64,000 nt of DNA, from NCBI RefSeq assembly GCF_009914755.1, contig NC_060926.1. One strand, given 5' to 3'. Under the pieces are notes generated by a model. It worked only from the letters and a program-made list of their open reading frames with translations. It was not told the DNA's origin and did no database searches. Source of the stretch: the human T2T-CHM13v2.0 reference genome, Homo sapiens. Below are positions 41,345 through 55,179 of the stretch, in pieces. Each line of letters opens with the position of its first letter. Position 1 is the first letter of the stretch. The position numbers and the translations under genes were made by a program.

Positions 41345-41786
41345 TGTTGTGGATACTGTAGTGCTGAGTGCAGATCTCTACTCCAGGGTTGATAGTGCTG
41401 TGTGCAGATCTCTACTCCAGGGTTGATGTACCCATCCTAATCCTGGCAATATGACTGTTCACAGCTGTACCTATTACTGGGAATTCCCCCTTCCCCTACA
41501 GAAGGCAACTACCCAAAGTTATATCCATCACCCCTCTTCTGAGAGGAGCCCATGATCAATGACTTCTTGATGTGGAGATCCGAAAGTCTGGGATTCTTGA
41601 CTCAATTTGGGGTGACTTTCAAGGACCATTCTAGCTCCACAAAGCATTGTGAGGTCTCTTCCCAATCTCACATTCTTTTTTTATTCTTTATAGGCTTATC
41701 TCTTGTAAAATATCCACAACCCGATAAACATTCAGCATGCAATTCTCCATATTAGAGATTATTTTTGGGCAACTCAATCTAATATA
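41345..41786 (+). mobile_element. 5' LTR (LTR16-like) of an ERVL-class provirus
   Basis: Collinear with 45809-46246 (gatactgt..cagatc..ctcaatttggg); followed by a decayed PBS-like gttagtcctaggtgtg. Confidence 0.7.
41359..41426. repeat. 34-bp tandem duplication
   Basis: tagtgctg(a/t)gtgcagatctctactccagggttga twice, 1 mismatch. Confidence 0.97.
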
Positions 41787-44700
41787 GTTAGTCCTAGGTG
41801 TGTCCCTAGAATGCTGACTCCAAAATGGAATTTTGGATATGAGTCACCATTTATTCACCATTTATAGCCAGTGATGGCTGGCAATATCTAGCCCTGGTGG
41901 GATAGTCCCTAGCAGACTGAGTTATTGCAATTGTTAAAACTTTCACTAACAGTGAGCTGAAATGGGATACTAGTGGAAGGGGGGCTGGTGCAATATTATT
42001 GGCTATTGAGGAGTGTGAGGAAAGTGGTAACTTTAAGGACTATGGCATTGGGTGACTGTTGCTGAGTGCCATTAATTCCTTGAAGAGCAGCAATAGCAGG
42101 CTCAGGGTGATTAATCAACCATTTCAAAATGTGAAAGCTAGAGGTCTCCTTGGCAGCATTTAAGAAAACCCTAATCTACAGGTAGAGGGAAGACAGACTA
42201 GAGAACTTATTCTTCAGAGTAGTGGAGCTGCAGAGAGGGTTGAATTCTTAAGCCTTGGCAGGTCTCCTATGCTAAAGTTGAGGACCTTACGGAGAAGGAG
42301 AAGGAGCTACCTTCATGTGATGGGAATATGTGAGTGGATGCACTTTAGAATTTTGAGCTCTCAGGTTCTTCCAAACTTGCTGGGCCTGCAGAAGTGGCAC
42401 ATCCCCCTTGTTAGAAAATAGTGGTTCCCCTTTGTTTGCTTGAGGTTCTTGAGGAGGGCTCAAGTGAAGCAGATGACTTATAAGATAATGCCTTGCTGTC
42501 TCAACATCTACCTCTCCATGTCCCCTCTTTTTCTCTTCTTTTCTTTTTTTTTCCATTCGACAAATAATGAGGGTTGAGTTATGATATAACCAGGCTTGGG
42601 AGGAGCTGGGCCTGCTGAGGGAGGAGCGGGACCATACAATAAAGTAGCCACAGGTCCTGGCCAACATGTACCAGCAGGAACTGGGAGACTATGCATGGGA
42701 CTGGAGCCTAAAGAATAAGTGGGGCATAAATTTGGATGGGGAGAGTTTACCAATATGGAATTCTACAATATATAATTTAATACACTAGCAAGGATTCCAA
42801 GAGATGGTACAAGGATTCCAATATGCTTCTAAAATGGCTCCTAGAAACTTGGAGAAAGTGAAGGTCCACCTACACTAAGTGAAGTAGAGGATATGACAAA
42901 TGACAGAGGGAGGAATAAAAAGACTCAAAAAAGTGGGCATGCTAGAGTAGATACACTGCGTTAAGACCAGAAAACCCACTGGTTGACTGAGTTATACAGG
43001 GAGTCCTAGAGGGACACCATCATTGATAAGAATATCAATAGGGATTGGCTCCTGTAGGCCAGGAATGATGGCAGGAGATGTCGTAATAGAACAGGACTCC
43101 CTGATTATAGGGATGCTAGGCTACTGAAGGGAGAGAGGCAGGTGGCTGCATCAAGGAGTGGGGTGAATGATTACAACGAGCAGTCAAAGCCAGAAGAACA
43201 GCCATGAGGCCAGCCTATAGAAAGATAAGGGGCTTGTTAGCAGATCATGGAACATGGTATTCCTAGAAGGAAGTTGGAAGGACAGCCAACAAGGATATTG
43301 CTTAGTTTATACAAATCAAAAGAAAACAAGAATTAAGAGGCTCATGGTTGTCACCTCAATAAAAACTTGTGATCTCTTGTCAAGTTTCTAGGCCTGAACT
43401 ATTTCTCAGTTCCATACCCATTGATGGAATCTGGGCTGGGCCCTATGAAGAAGGACTCTAGTGTGGCAAGTGTAGTCAGTAGTAATTCCCTAGATTTTTT
43501 TCACAAAGGACCCATTTACTCCGATAATTATGCATTGGGGAAAGAGAAATAAGCTATTTTGATGATTGTTAGAGAGTCTGGACTGATAGTAATATCAGGA
43601 ACCCCAAGTGCCAGCCTAGCCCCACTTTTAAAGTGAAGGTTATCAGGGCCAGGTAGTAAAGAAATCCTGGGGCAGACCTAGATTACGGTGGTTCCTCTGG
43701 ATCTAGACCTACTTGCTTGTCATTTTCCTAGTCCCTGAATATGAAACTGGAATGGACTTACTTGGGAGTTGGCAAAATCCCCTTGACCTGAAGGGTAAGA
43801 GCTATCTTAGTGGAAGAAGCCAAGTGGAAGTCTCTGCTAGTGCCTCCTCCCTCTCTGAGCTAAAAATGAATCAGAAACAACACTGCATCTCTGACATCAA
43901 AGAACTAAAGAAGGCAGGACTGGTCATCTCCCTATTTTATTCTCCAGTATAGCTCCCTGAAACCAGATGGATCATGGCAGATGATAGTGGCTACTCTAAA
44001 CTTGACCAAGTAGCTTCCACAATTGAAGTCCCAAGCTGGAGGTAAGGGTTTTTTTTTTTTTTTTTTTTTTTTTCCCCTGGAGCAGATTAACACAGCCTTG
44101 GGCTAGGTATGTGGTCATTAATCTGACAAATTGACAAATGTGTCTTCTTCCATTTTTATTAGAAAATACAGTTTATATTTAGTATAACACATAAGAATAG
44201 TCATTTATAATTTTGTTCCAGGGCTATGTTAACTTTTCTCCCTTGTCCTGTATAATCTGAAGGGACAGGAACCATCTAAATATTCCTTAGAATATCACAA
44301 TAGTCTACTATATTGATCATGTTATGTTAATCAGATTAGATGAACAGAAAGTGGCAGGCACATTGGAGATCTTGATAAGTTGTATGTCCTCCAGAGTATG
44401 GGAAATAAACTCTGTGAAGATTCAGGGGCCTGTCTCATTAATGAAGCTTTTAGGGTTCAATGGTGTGTGCCATGCTGGGACATATTCTTCAAGTAAAGGA
44501 AAATTTATTGCAACTTGCATTTCTCACTCACAAAAAAGAAGCACAGTGCTTCACGTTCTGGGGGCAGCATATTTTGTACCATTCTTACCTATTGACATGA
44601 GGTCATAGAAGTCTGTCTGGTTGAAGTGGGGCCCGGAGAAAGAAAGAGCTCTGCAGTAGGCCTAGGCTATGAAGGAAGCAGCTCTGTTGCTTGGGCCACA

Positions 44701-45808
44701 TGGCCTGGCCATGTCTATGGAACTAGATCTACTGGTGGTAGTAAAAGAAAAAAAAGACAGCAAATGCGTGGTATTTATGGGAATTGCCAATAGGAAAATA
44801 TCAATATGGATTTCTAGGACTTTGAAGCTAGGCCATTTCATCATCAGCAGAGAAGTACTGTATACACCACTCAGCAAGCAATGCCTGGCACACTGCTGGA
44901 CCTTGGTAGAGATTGCATATCTGACTGTGGGACATCAAATGATTTGTCCATTATGAGCAGTTGGTGTCTAACCCCCCAAGTCATAAGGCAAGGTCAGCCC
45001 ATCAGCATTCCATTTTTAAGATGGGAGTGGGACACCCAATGGCCATTGTATGGTGTTTTTCAATAGGTAGAATGCATAGGTCTGGAAACCATGGGAGAAG
45101 TAGTAATGGTCCCTCACCATCACCCTTGATGACTCACTTGGGGAATTGCTCCTTTCCTTTCCCACCACTGTAGGCTCTGTGGGTCTGGAAGTCCTGGTTC
45201 TCAGAGGAAGGATGCTTCTGCCACTGGCTGTGGCCCTTTGACCTTTAAACTGTGGCTGCTACCTAGTCACTTTGGGCTCCTTGTGCCAAGAGACCAGCAG
45301 CCAAGGAAAGAAATTCCATTCTGTTACGAGTAATTGATACTCATTTTTAGGAAAAGGGAAGGCTATTGCTATAAACAGAGGGTGAGGAAGAAAATATTTG
45401 ACTCCTATGTGATTTGCTGGGATAACTTACTTGGCTTTAATTAAAAAAATAATAACAAAAGTGAAGCCACTACTGCCTGAGAATGACATGAGAATCAGGA
45501 GCTAGGAACCCCCAGAAAGAAAGGTCTGGGTCATCCCACCAGATACACCATTTGGACTAACAGAAGTTCTAGCCAAGAGTGAAAGGAATCTAGAATAAAT
45601 GTGGTGGAAGAGAATGATAAGTATCGGTTGCAGCCTTGAGACCAACTGTAACAGCAAGAATTTTCTTTTGTAAGTCTTTGTCTTATAAGTTTTTTTTTTT
45701 TTTTTTTTCTGAAAACAAGATCAACCAGAATATTGGAAAAACTGTTCCTATGATGGGGGCAGGCTTTGCTATAAAAAGCGAGTGGATCTGAATTTGTAAG
45801 GGGTAGGC
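41787..45808 (+). mobile_element. ERVL-class (HERV16/ERV3-16A3-like) internal region, decayed gag-pol
   Basis: pol relics GMDLLGSWQNP, KPDGSWQMIV (about 43960), LFQGYVN (about 44213), YYIDHVMLI (YxDD relic, about 44306), KIQGPVSLMKLLG; PPT-like aaggggtaggc before the 3' LTR. Confidence 0.85.
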
Positions 45809-46246
45809 TGCAACTGATACTGTTCTGCTCCATTCAGATCCCTCTTTAGAATAGATGGATCCATTCCTAGCTCCTGGGAATATTTGCTGATAATGGCTCA
45901 CGGCTCTGTCCCTCAGTGGAAATTGCTTTGCAGTTCCAGAGAGCTGCCTCATCCAAGGTGTGCACCCCTTCCTACAAGACAGCTGATGGCCAATAGCTGG
46001 CTAATGTGGGTATAAAAGGCCTGGCCTCTTATCTCAATTTGGGACAACTCTCAGGGGCCATCCCAGCATCAGAGTCTCCCACTGGATAGTCTGAAATCTG
46101 TGTTGCAACCACATTGTGGGTCAGTTTTTTCCTCTGCATGATCCTGCCTTCCTCACTTCCCTACATCCTGACAGCACTCCCCAGTAAACCTTCAGAAGAC
46201 AACTTTCCATCTCAGGGCCTATTTCCAAGAACCCCAGTTTAAGACA
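45809..46246 (+). mobile_element. 3' LTR (LTR16C-like)
   Basis: gagagctgcctcatccaagg...gggtataaaaggcctggcc...ctcaatttgggacaactct...gaaccccagtttaagaca. Confidence 0.85.
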
Positions 46247-47659
46247 CAATAGAAGTGGAAACATAAACCAATTCTTTGGTGCTTGTCCTTGAAGCCAAGG
46301 CCTAGAACCTTGATTGGATGGAAAGTATCTGTCCTCCTGGGAAAAGGGTATAAACAAGTTTGAACTATGTTGCTCTGAGCTGTTTGCATCTGGAGCCCAG
46401 GCCTCTGTTGGGGGTTTAAATTCATGAATGATTGTTATTCTGTGCCTCGGGGAAAATGTGTGGGTTTTGTGAACAGGGGAGGTAGAGTGGGGGGTTGTGG
46501 AGAGGACTTGGACTTGTGTTCTTGTAAAGGGAAGTACATTTTGTAACAGGGGCCATGTGATGAGGAATTCAGAGTAAAAGAGGGAAACAGAGGAAGGAGG
46601 TAACTCTTTCAAAGACATCCTGGGCTGCCTGTATTGGAGGTTTTGTTCGAGAAATACATTTGGGAGCAAGGGACCCCTTCCAGCCTCTCAGAAATCACAC
46701 ATTCCTTTCCTTTTGAACTATAAGTTGTGGCTGCCCTGTTTTCTGCCAGCAATGATGGGAAGGTAACCTTCATCACCTCATTCACCAGCCTCTCCTGACT
46801 GCCATCAACTTGAATAAACAAAGCCTCCGGGGGACGGGAAGTGCAGGGCAGTATTCAGGGTGACCTTGTTTAGCTTACCCGTGTGCTCTTGGTAGGGGAA
46901 GGGGGCTTGCATATGTGGTGAGATCTTGGTATTGGCTCCATTTCTTGCTGGGCCGTGGGTGGCCAGGTGCCATGGCTGGGGGCTGGAACTGTAGCTGGAT
47001 ACTCTAGCATGCTTCATTCCCACCTTCCTGGGTGGTACTGTGTCCCCAAGGCCACGGGGACTGGTCCAGCTTGTGCAAAAATGGGTTCCCTGCTCAGGTC
47101 TATAGATGAATTGCCAGGCAGAAAAATGAGATCTGCAGTAGGCTCTGCCAGCTGCAGCCTGTGGGCTGGAAGGTAGAGTGGGGGAAGGCTGCTGAATAGG
47201 CAGGGGTTTGTCATTTTTAGACCATGACTAATAAGAAATCTGGATTTTTTCAGTTGTAAAAACTCTTCCCACTCTTTCCTTTCCCTCTCCACAATGTAAT
47301 AGCAAAAGTCTAAAGCTCTGGAGTTATTTTATGTTCTCTTTTGATGGCCTAAAGTGAATTAGAAGCTGGAAAACATTGTACATGGGAAACACTATATGTG
47401 TATTGTGTATTACATCTTAAGCTAAATGTTACATGAAAACAAATGGTTTAAGGGAGCTTGTGTGCACAAAAGAGGTTGGCAATCATTTTGAGTCCAACAT
47501 TTGGCCCACATTAGCAATTTTCAAATATTCATGTTTACATTTGAATACAAAGATTTCTTATTTTCAAACCAACTGCTGCTGATCAGTAGCATAACTTCAA
47601 ATTTGTTACAGCCTACAGGAATGAGGAAGCAGGAAGGGCCAGAGTGAAGTGGAAACTTT

Positions 47660-47875
47660 GAACTTGAAGTTGGAAGACACTGGTACTCATCTCTTCTATT
47701 TGCTAGCTGTATGATCTTGGGCAACTTATTTAATTTATCTTCCTCCAGTTTACTCATTGATTAAATGAAGGTAACAATTTTATCTCATAGGGATATGGGG
47801 ATGATCGAGAGAGATAATAAAAGTGAAAGTGTTTTGAAAAGCATAAATTCTACATAAATGTTAATTATTATTATT
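47660..47875 (+). mobile_element. MIR
   Basis: gctagctgtatgatcttgggcaacttatttaat...taaatgttaattattattatt. Confidence 0.75.
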
Positions 47876-47965
47876 AGACGCACACGTGAAAGTGGTGCCA
47901 GAGCTTAAGAGGATTCAGGTAAATTTCTAGTAAAATTCAGATCCTACTCCTAATTTTAAAATCCT

Positions 47966-48311
<346 letters not shown>

Positions 48312-48859
48312 TCACAAACAGGAATATATAAAGCCCTAGGAAACATGGCTGTCACTGAACCCAATTCCTGGTTCCACCGTGTATTTTTCCATGAGTCCTA
48401 TATCCTCACAAAATAACATTCTTTTTCTCTCCACATTTTATGATTTTATGTAGTTATTCATCACTAACCTTCTAGTCCTGAACAAGAGATACTTCTGTTC
48501 CATGGTCTACTTCCCTTGGAAATCATTACTGTTGCTTCCAGGTTTATCTCTTAGGACTTTTTCAGCCACTGGGACTTCAAACTCCACCGATTTTGCCTTA
48601 AAAAAAAGATTCATTCCAATTCTACAACATACCAGTTTCACAGAATCGTTCACTAAAGCCGTCAAACATTTAATATAATTGCAATGTTAAGAGTTTAGTG
48701 CAAACTAAGCACTTCTACCCATACATCTTCTCATCACATTACAGACACTTCTGACAGCAATCAGACTGTGTGTTAGGACAAGGAGAGAGATACGCAACCA
48801 AGTTAAATCTGTGTTCTAAAGCCTTTGCTAAACTTTTCTATTTGCTATAGGGCCTTGTA

Positions 48860-49420
48860 GCTATTAGGGCGTTTTTGGCTGCAAGGAAGAGAAAAATCTC
48901 CATTCGGTCTGGACTAACCATAGAAAAATGTATTATCTCACCTAAGAAGACCCTAGAGATTGGGTATGGGCTACAGGTTCAGTTCATCAGGGCCTAGGCT
49001 TCACTTCTCTTTTTGTGGCCCTGTTCTCTTCTGTATGTTGATTTCATCCTCATACTATTAGTCTAGTAGTTCTAGGTATGAAAATGGGATGTAGAAGTTC
49101 TCCCAAAGAAGAAGAGGGCACACCTCTTCCAGTGTTTCCTTTTTAGAAATGAGAAGCTTTTCCTTGAAGCTCAAAGTAGATTTCCTTTCATGTCTCATTG
49201 GTCAGAATTTTGGGACATATGCTCATTTATAGACCAACATTTGGCAAAGGAGAATATGATTACCATGCTTGCATAAGAACAAATCAGGATCTACCCCCTG
49301 GAGTTTTGGGTGAAGTTGCCTTTCTCTGAGTCATGTAGACACTTGAACAAATTTGAGTTCTGAAAGGATGGAAAGAGAGGGAGAAATTGGTGGGGTAGGC
49401 AACTCAATGTATCCACTTCT
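48860..49420 (-). mobile_element. Old MLT1 (J/K-like) LTR
   Basis: ttagggcgtttttggctgcaag...tgtctcattggtcagaat...gggtaggcaac. Confidence 0.6.
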
Positions 49421-51384
49421 TGTCTTTCAGAACAGACTCCTTACTGTGCACCTTAAAAAGTTGAAAATTGCTAACCCTTGCTGAGAGTACTATTGTATAC
49501 AAAATGCCTTAAATAAGAGCCCAGACAGAAAAAAAAAAACCCAAAATGGGTGATGATGGAGCAATGGTAAAAGCGAGATGACATGGGAAAGTGGTCTTTC
49601 ATTCCTTCCAAAAAAAAAAAAAAAAAATCACACAAAATGGAAAACACCCTTTAGACAGAAAAATCCCAACAAAGCTTTGTAGAGAATTCTGGCATAACTT
49701 TTTTTGTTTCCTTTTTATTTAAAGTATACAGAAGGAAAGTAGAATTCTGTGGCTGAAAGTTGTGATATCTCAGAATTAAGCTGTAAAAGAGGAAAATCAC
49801 AATTTCCTAGACTGAAACAACCACAGCTGGCAGTTGGGAAAAGCAATAGAGGTTTTTGATTCTAAGTTGGCTTAAGGTCCAAAGCAATCCCAAGGAGGTT
49901 TTGACTCTGAAGTAATTATAATTCTGGATGATTTGGAAAGAATTCTAAACACATCCCAAGAATAAGGCTAAATTAAAAAGCTACCACTGAAAATAGGTAT
50001 TATTTACTTGTTTTACACACACTGAAATGTGCTTTCTGTAAAAGCTGCTCCATAAGAATCATCAGCTGTATTGCTTACTATTGTTCAGGTGGAGGATTCT
50101 TTTTATACTCCTGGGAAGCAGTTTGGTAGAAGAATCCTGAATGCAATAGCATCCAAGAGGGAAAGTACCCATCTGTCTGATGCAGCTGCTATAGTTCTAG
50201 AGTTGGTAAGTGAGGCAGGCATCAGAGGGGTGTGGCAACACCCAGCTTTTGTAGGTGTTCCTGCCTCTTGATTTGGGTCTGTGATACCTCTGCAGCATAG
50301 GTAGTCTGCTTCTACTCAAGAAGGGTCACATCTTCACCTATACTCCTTGTCCTCTGCCTTGATTTCTGTCTGCTCTTTGCTACATCTGCCTCATTGGAGA
50401 TGATATTAATGGAAGTTTGAAGCATCTCTTCTCATTTCCAAGCCCAGCCACTCCATCCCTCAACCTTGCATATGTCTTTCTAGGCAGGGATGTTTTCCCA
50501 CTTAGCCCTGTTTTGTTTCTTTTTGTAAGATAAATCTTCCAGGACTGTTGTTGGTGAGCTAGTCTTGTCACATGCTGTCATCAGGCTCTGTTGATGAAAC
50601 ATCTCAAGAAGACAGACGGGACAGTCTGATCCAGCCATGGGCTGTCAGAGGAGGTGGCCATTCATAGAGCAGATTCTTGGGGTCCCCGAAGGACTTAGTG
50701 GCCCTATAAGTTTCAGGAGAGTCTCAGATTTTAATACTGCAAGGATAACTGCAGATAAACTCTAGCAGTTGCCCAGCAGGGTCCTATGGAAAATTTTAGA
50801 TGAGCATGCTTGTATTATAAGACATAGAGTCCTATTCCTAACCAGTTGTTGACTGACATAAAGTCTGCTGGCAGGATTAGACTATGGAGTGGGGAGTGCT
50901 ATGGAGAGGATCAAACTGAGCACCAGTCTGGGATCCATGGCCAAGGCTGGGCCAGTCAGATGGAGATACCATACCAGAAGGAGTGGAAGAGGCAGTTGAG
51001 TTGTAACAGGGTGTTACTAAAGAGGAAACTGGGCAAATTTAAGTCCTACTAGTAATGACCAGCAGGGCTATGTCTGTGAATATTTGACTTGTAGATCTTT
51101 AGACAGTCATGCTCATGGGGGCTGCACATTTGTTGCCCATTTCCTAAGGATGATACAGGAATTTGTGGATAAGTTGATTTCTTTCTTTCTCTCTGAGATC
51201 TGTATTGGGAAGATGTGAGAGGCAGCTCTGTGTTCTGGAAAGGTGAGCAAATAGATCAGTTTAATATGAGGTTTCCTTATGGAAGTTGTTTATATCACTA
51301 CCAAGCTCTTGGATAAATCCTAAATATCATTACATTCTTAGATGAGTATGCTTTTACTTTGTTTTTATTTTGCCTTTGATAATA

Positions 51385-51630
51385 ATAATAATAATAGTAT
51401 CATTTATTGATTTTCTTCTATTTTGTGCTGTTTTATATGTCTATATCTATCTAATTACATCTTTTTACCCCTCACAAAAACCCTACAAGTTATTATTACT
51501 CCCATTTTATGAGTAAAGAAATTGAGGCTCCGAGACTTGACTAACAGCACATAGTAAATGGTAGAGGTGGGAAATAAATCCAGATCTGTGATTCTCCAAA
51601 GCCCCAATCTACCCAGTATACCATGCTACC
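51385..51630 (-). mobile_element. MIR
   Basis: catttattga...cctcacaaaaaccctac...cccattttatgagtaaagaaattgaggctc. Confidence 0.75.
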
Positions 51631-54600
51631 CCACCGAGCCAGGACGGAAAGTGAGCATATCATTCTTTGCAATTCTCCTCCAAGGTGACTTAAAGGTTAG
51701 TGGACAATGGTTATGCAAATTGGTCTTTCATAATTTAAGGATTCCTACATAACCCCACAGGTAGCACGTAATCTGATTTATTTTCACAGAGGACTGTAAT
51801 GATCCTACCACTTTAAGACGTCAGCATTTCTGTATGAGAAATATTGTTTCTCTCCAAGCTTTGTGGCTGAGAGGAAGTCAAATCAACATATCCTAAATTC
51901 TATTTTAAAGTAGTGATTAGATCCCACCCTGTACAGAACATAAGAAAGTGAATTTAGAGTTAGAATTGATGGGTACCAGATGGCCTGAAAAGGAAGAAAA
52001 AAACAAGTAACGTTCAGCAGGAAAAGGTTAAGTTTGAGTGTTATTCAAAGTTTATACAAACCAAAATTTTAGCCTTGACTACTGCTGTAAGGCATTTTTC
52101 TATCTTCCTCCTACCTTGTAATTAATTAGGACTGAGGCTAAGAGAATGAGGGGAGAAATATCAATGGAGTAGAACAGATGAACAGTTGAGTGGAGGCCTT
52201 GTTGCGGTTTGAGTAAAAAATTGGCTCGAAGTTTCCTTACCTTATTTGTGTTTTGTTTCAGACTTCACAGTACTGGAGTTAAAAATATGTATGTGTGTGG
52301 TGTTAATGTGTTTAACAGCATGATTGATTTAACGGATACTTGGAGAGACTGACCAGGAGTCCACTCTCTCAATGGCAGAACATCAAGCTTGAGCACCTTT
52401 CATTTTGAGTAGCCAGCCTGTAAGACAGCAACTTCCCTGGGCTTATTCCTGCCCTCCTTGGACTTGCTGATGAGCTGAGCATGATGCTTGGCAATGATGC
52501 CATTATGAGAGAGGGTGGCTAGGGAAATGGCAGCACCACTGCACTTATTGCTTTTAAATCGAAGCATTGGATATATAAATAAAAGATTGTCATGGTTTTC
52601 TTGGTTTTGGAAGAAAAAAGCCTCTCAACAGCAATGTTATTCAATTCAGCTCCTGCTTTCTTTGCCAGCAGCTCATTGAGGAGAATGGGGCTTGAAAGGG
52701 GGTGGGGTGGAAGTGGGGCAGCCAGTTGAGCCTCATTAGTCAACAACTGGAATCATCTGGGGTCAGTATGTGGTGACCTCCTGCTATGGCTCCATTGCAA
52801 CAAAAACCCTTGAGGCCTCCCAAACACATATCAACCCTCAGATATATCTGGAGGAGTGACTTGAAAAAGCAATTTTTAACACACAGAAGATTTTCTATCC
52901 TTCATTGCAAAGGTGATGCTTCTTTGACTCAGGAGGGTCTACTGTTATAGCTTCCCACTTCAGGAGCAACATAATCAGGATCATTCAGCGGAATCTCCTG
53001 AAATCCAGAATATATTTCTTTAGGCAGAGGCTGGGGAGAATCAATCCTGAAACCTGTAGTGTGCCCAACCTTCACTTGGCTTCTGTTCTGGGCTGCTCTA
53101 GAATGTCCTGGGCAGTGCGGAGCTGGGCTGTGACAGTGTTTGGTGTTGTATGTTGCAGGAGGGTTACTGGTTCCCAGTGGCCTGAGCCTGTCTCTGTGTT
53201 ACCACTGCCGGAGAACCTGGGCTCATCATCTGTGCTATTGGCAGAGCCGCACTTACTAGTAAATCTTGGCGTGTGAAAGCTGGAAAGCACTTTGGATATT
53301 CTTTTTAGGTAATCCTTTTTGTTTTATTGCTGAGAAAGCAAGCCCAGGGAGGATAAGTGACCCGTCTAAGACCACAGAGCCCTTGGTACAGAACAAGGGC
53401 TGTACCAACCTCTCCTCTTTTCTCCTAGCCTCAGTTTCTCAGCTTGGTCCATTGCCTTGCTCCTTCTGGGTCTCCTGTGGGGCTTTTCCTGGGTTGGGTC
53501 GCTGGGATTTGCCAAATCCTGGTCCTGCCACAGCAGAGACTTGGCTGAGGTCCTTAGAATGTCCTTGGGAAGCTGCTGCCTTAGAAGGTCCCCCTTTGAG
53601 CAGCAGACAAGCTTGTTTAGCACCTTCTAGGAGGTAAAAGAGAGTGGAGCCAATTCTGTGTCCTGAACACTGGAACCTTCTTTTCCAGACCCGATTCTCT
53701 GGTCTCCCGTGGTGTATGAGTTTCTTGTTAAATTAATGTTTGCCTGTCTGGAGTGCCAGAGGGATATAGACATTATAGGCCAATTAGAGATAAAAATCAA
53801 ACCAACCAGAGTTGTCCTTTTAAAAATTAAAAGTCCTTTTTATGTGCTGTGGAGGTGTTGGCATTATCATAAAGACTAATTAGGACATTTTACAACATCC
53901 TGGTAACAGGAGGAAACAATATTGTTGGTAACTTTAAAGATTATTAAGCATCTTTAGCACTTCAGGTCAGATATTTAAGATGCTTTCTGTGCTCACCTGC
54001 TGTTGCTGCAGGAAGTATTTTATTGTCTCATAAGAAGAAATGAGCATTTTGAAGGCATAAATGCCCGGCTGTAATGGACGGTCCTTCACTTTGCAAAGCC
54101 CTAAAACAGGGTCTCCAGGAAGAGTTGACTGTGACTCCACATGAGATTTGTAACACAGTGTTTATCAGTCTGTGTGTGAAGGCAGTTTCCATCTCGACCA
54201 CCTGGAGAAAAGCAATCCCCTCAAAGGCAGACATTACTTAACGAGGAGGAGGCTTCGCTCTGGCATTGGCGGCAGGAACAAGGAAACCAGACCGTGCATG
54301 TTTCTGTGAAAAATGCTGCCTTCACTTGCAGGCAGATGATTCTCCCACATTCTAGCAGACAGGTTCGAAAGCACTGAAGCACAAAAGAGTGGGGGTGGGA
54401 ATGAGGGTCCACGGAGAATTTCTCGAGGGAGATCTTGTTTATGATTTGCCAATTCCTCCTAGAAAGCACTGTGAACTCAAGCAGATTCTTCCGAACTTGA
54501 TTGAAGACAAAAGGCTTGTGGCAGATGTGGGTTGGATGCTGAAATTGCATGCTATTGTCATTTAAAGAATTGTATGTTGTCTTGAAATTCAAATGTCCTT

Positions 54601-55179
54601 TAACAAATAGGGAAATTATGTGAAGGTCAGACAAAGCAGAAGGGTAAATTTTAGTGTCATGAAAATACCTAAAACCGAAGATCTATGTGCAGAGATTTCC
54701 AGGAAGCTAAGGAAATCTTAAATAGTTCCCAGTCCCAATCTGAAGCACTTTAAAGGCTGTGCATTTATAGTGTTATTTATCTGTGAGAGTGTTAGAGAGA
54801 CTTCCACAATTTCAGCAATTTTAATTGAGACTAAAACCACACAATTAGGCTTTACTTAGTTATCAGTGAGAACAGTAGCTATTTACTTTATAGTCCTAAT
54901 GATATAACAAATGTAAAGAAAGCGCGGGGCAGAGTTGATACTTATTTCTCAGCTTTGTACTCTGGGATTTTGCCACATGAACTATTCACTTTAATCAGGG
55001 TTTTTATAGTGAGATTTCAGAATATGGCTTCGAAACATTACCATTTCCTGCAGGCTAGTCTGTTACACTCTGATTCTCACACAACGATTTCTTTTTCTAA
55101 AAGTGTATTTTAAAAATTGTAACTATAATGTGGTCTTATTAAACAGAATCTGAAAAAAAAACTTACCAACATACACTAC

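Noticed and set aside
46121-46669. 182-aa minus-strand ORF
   Set aside because: No domain similarity; it ends within LTR sequence
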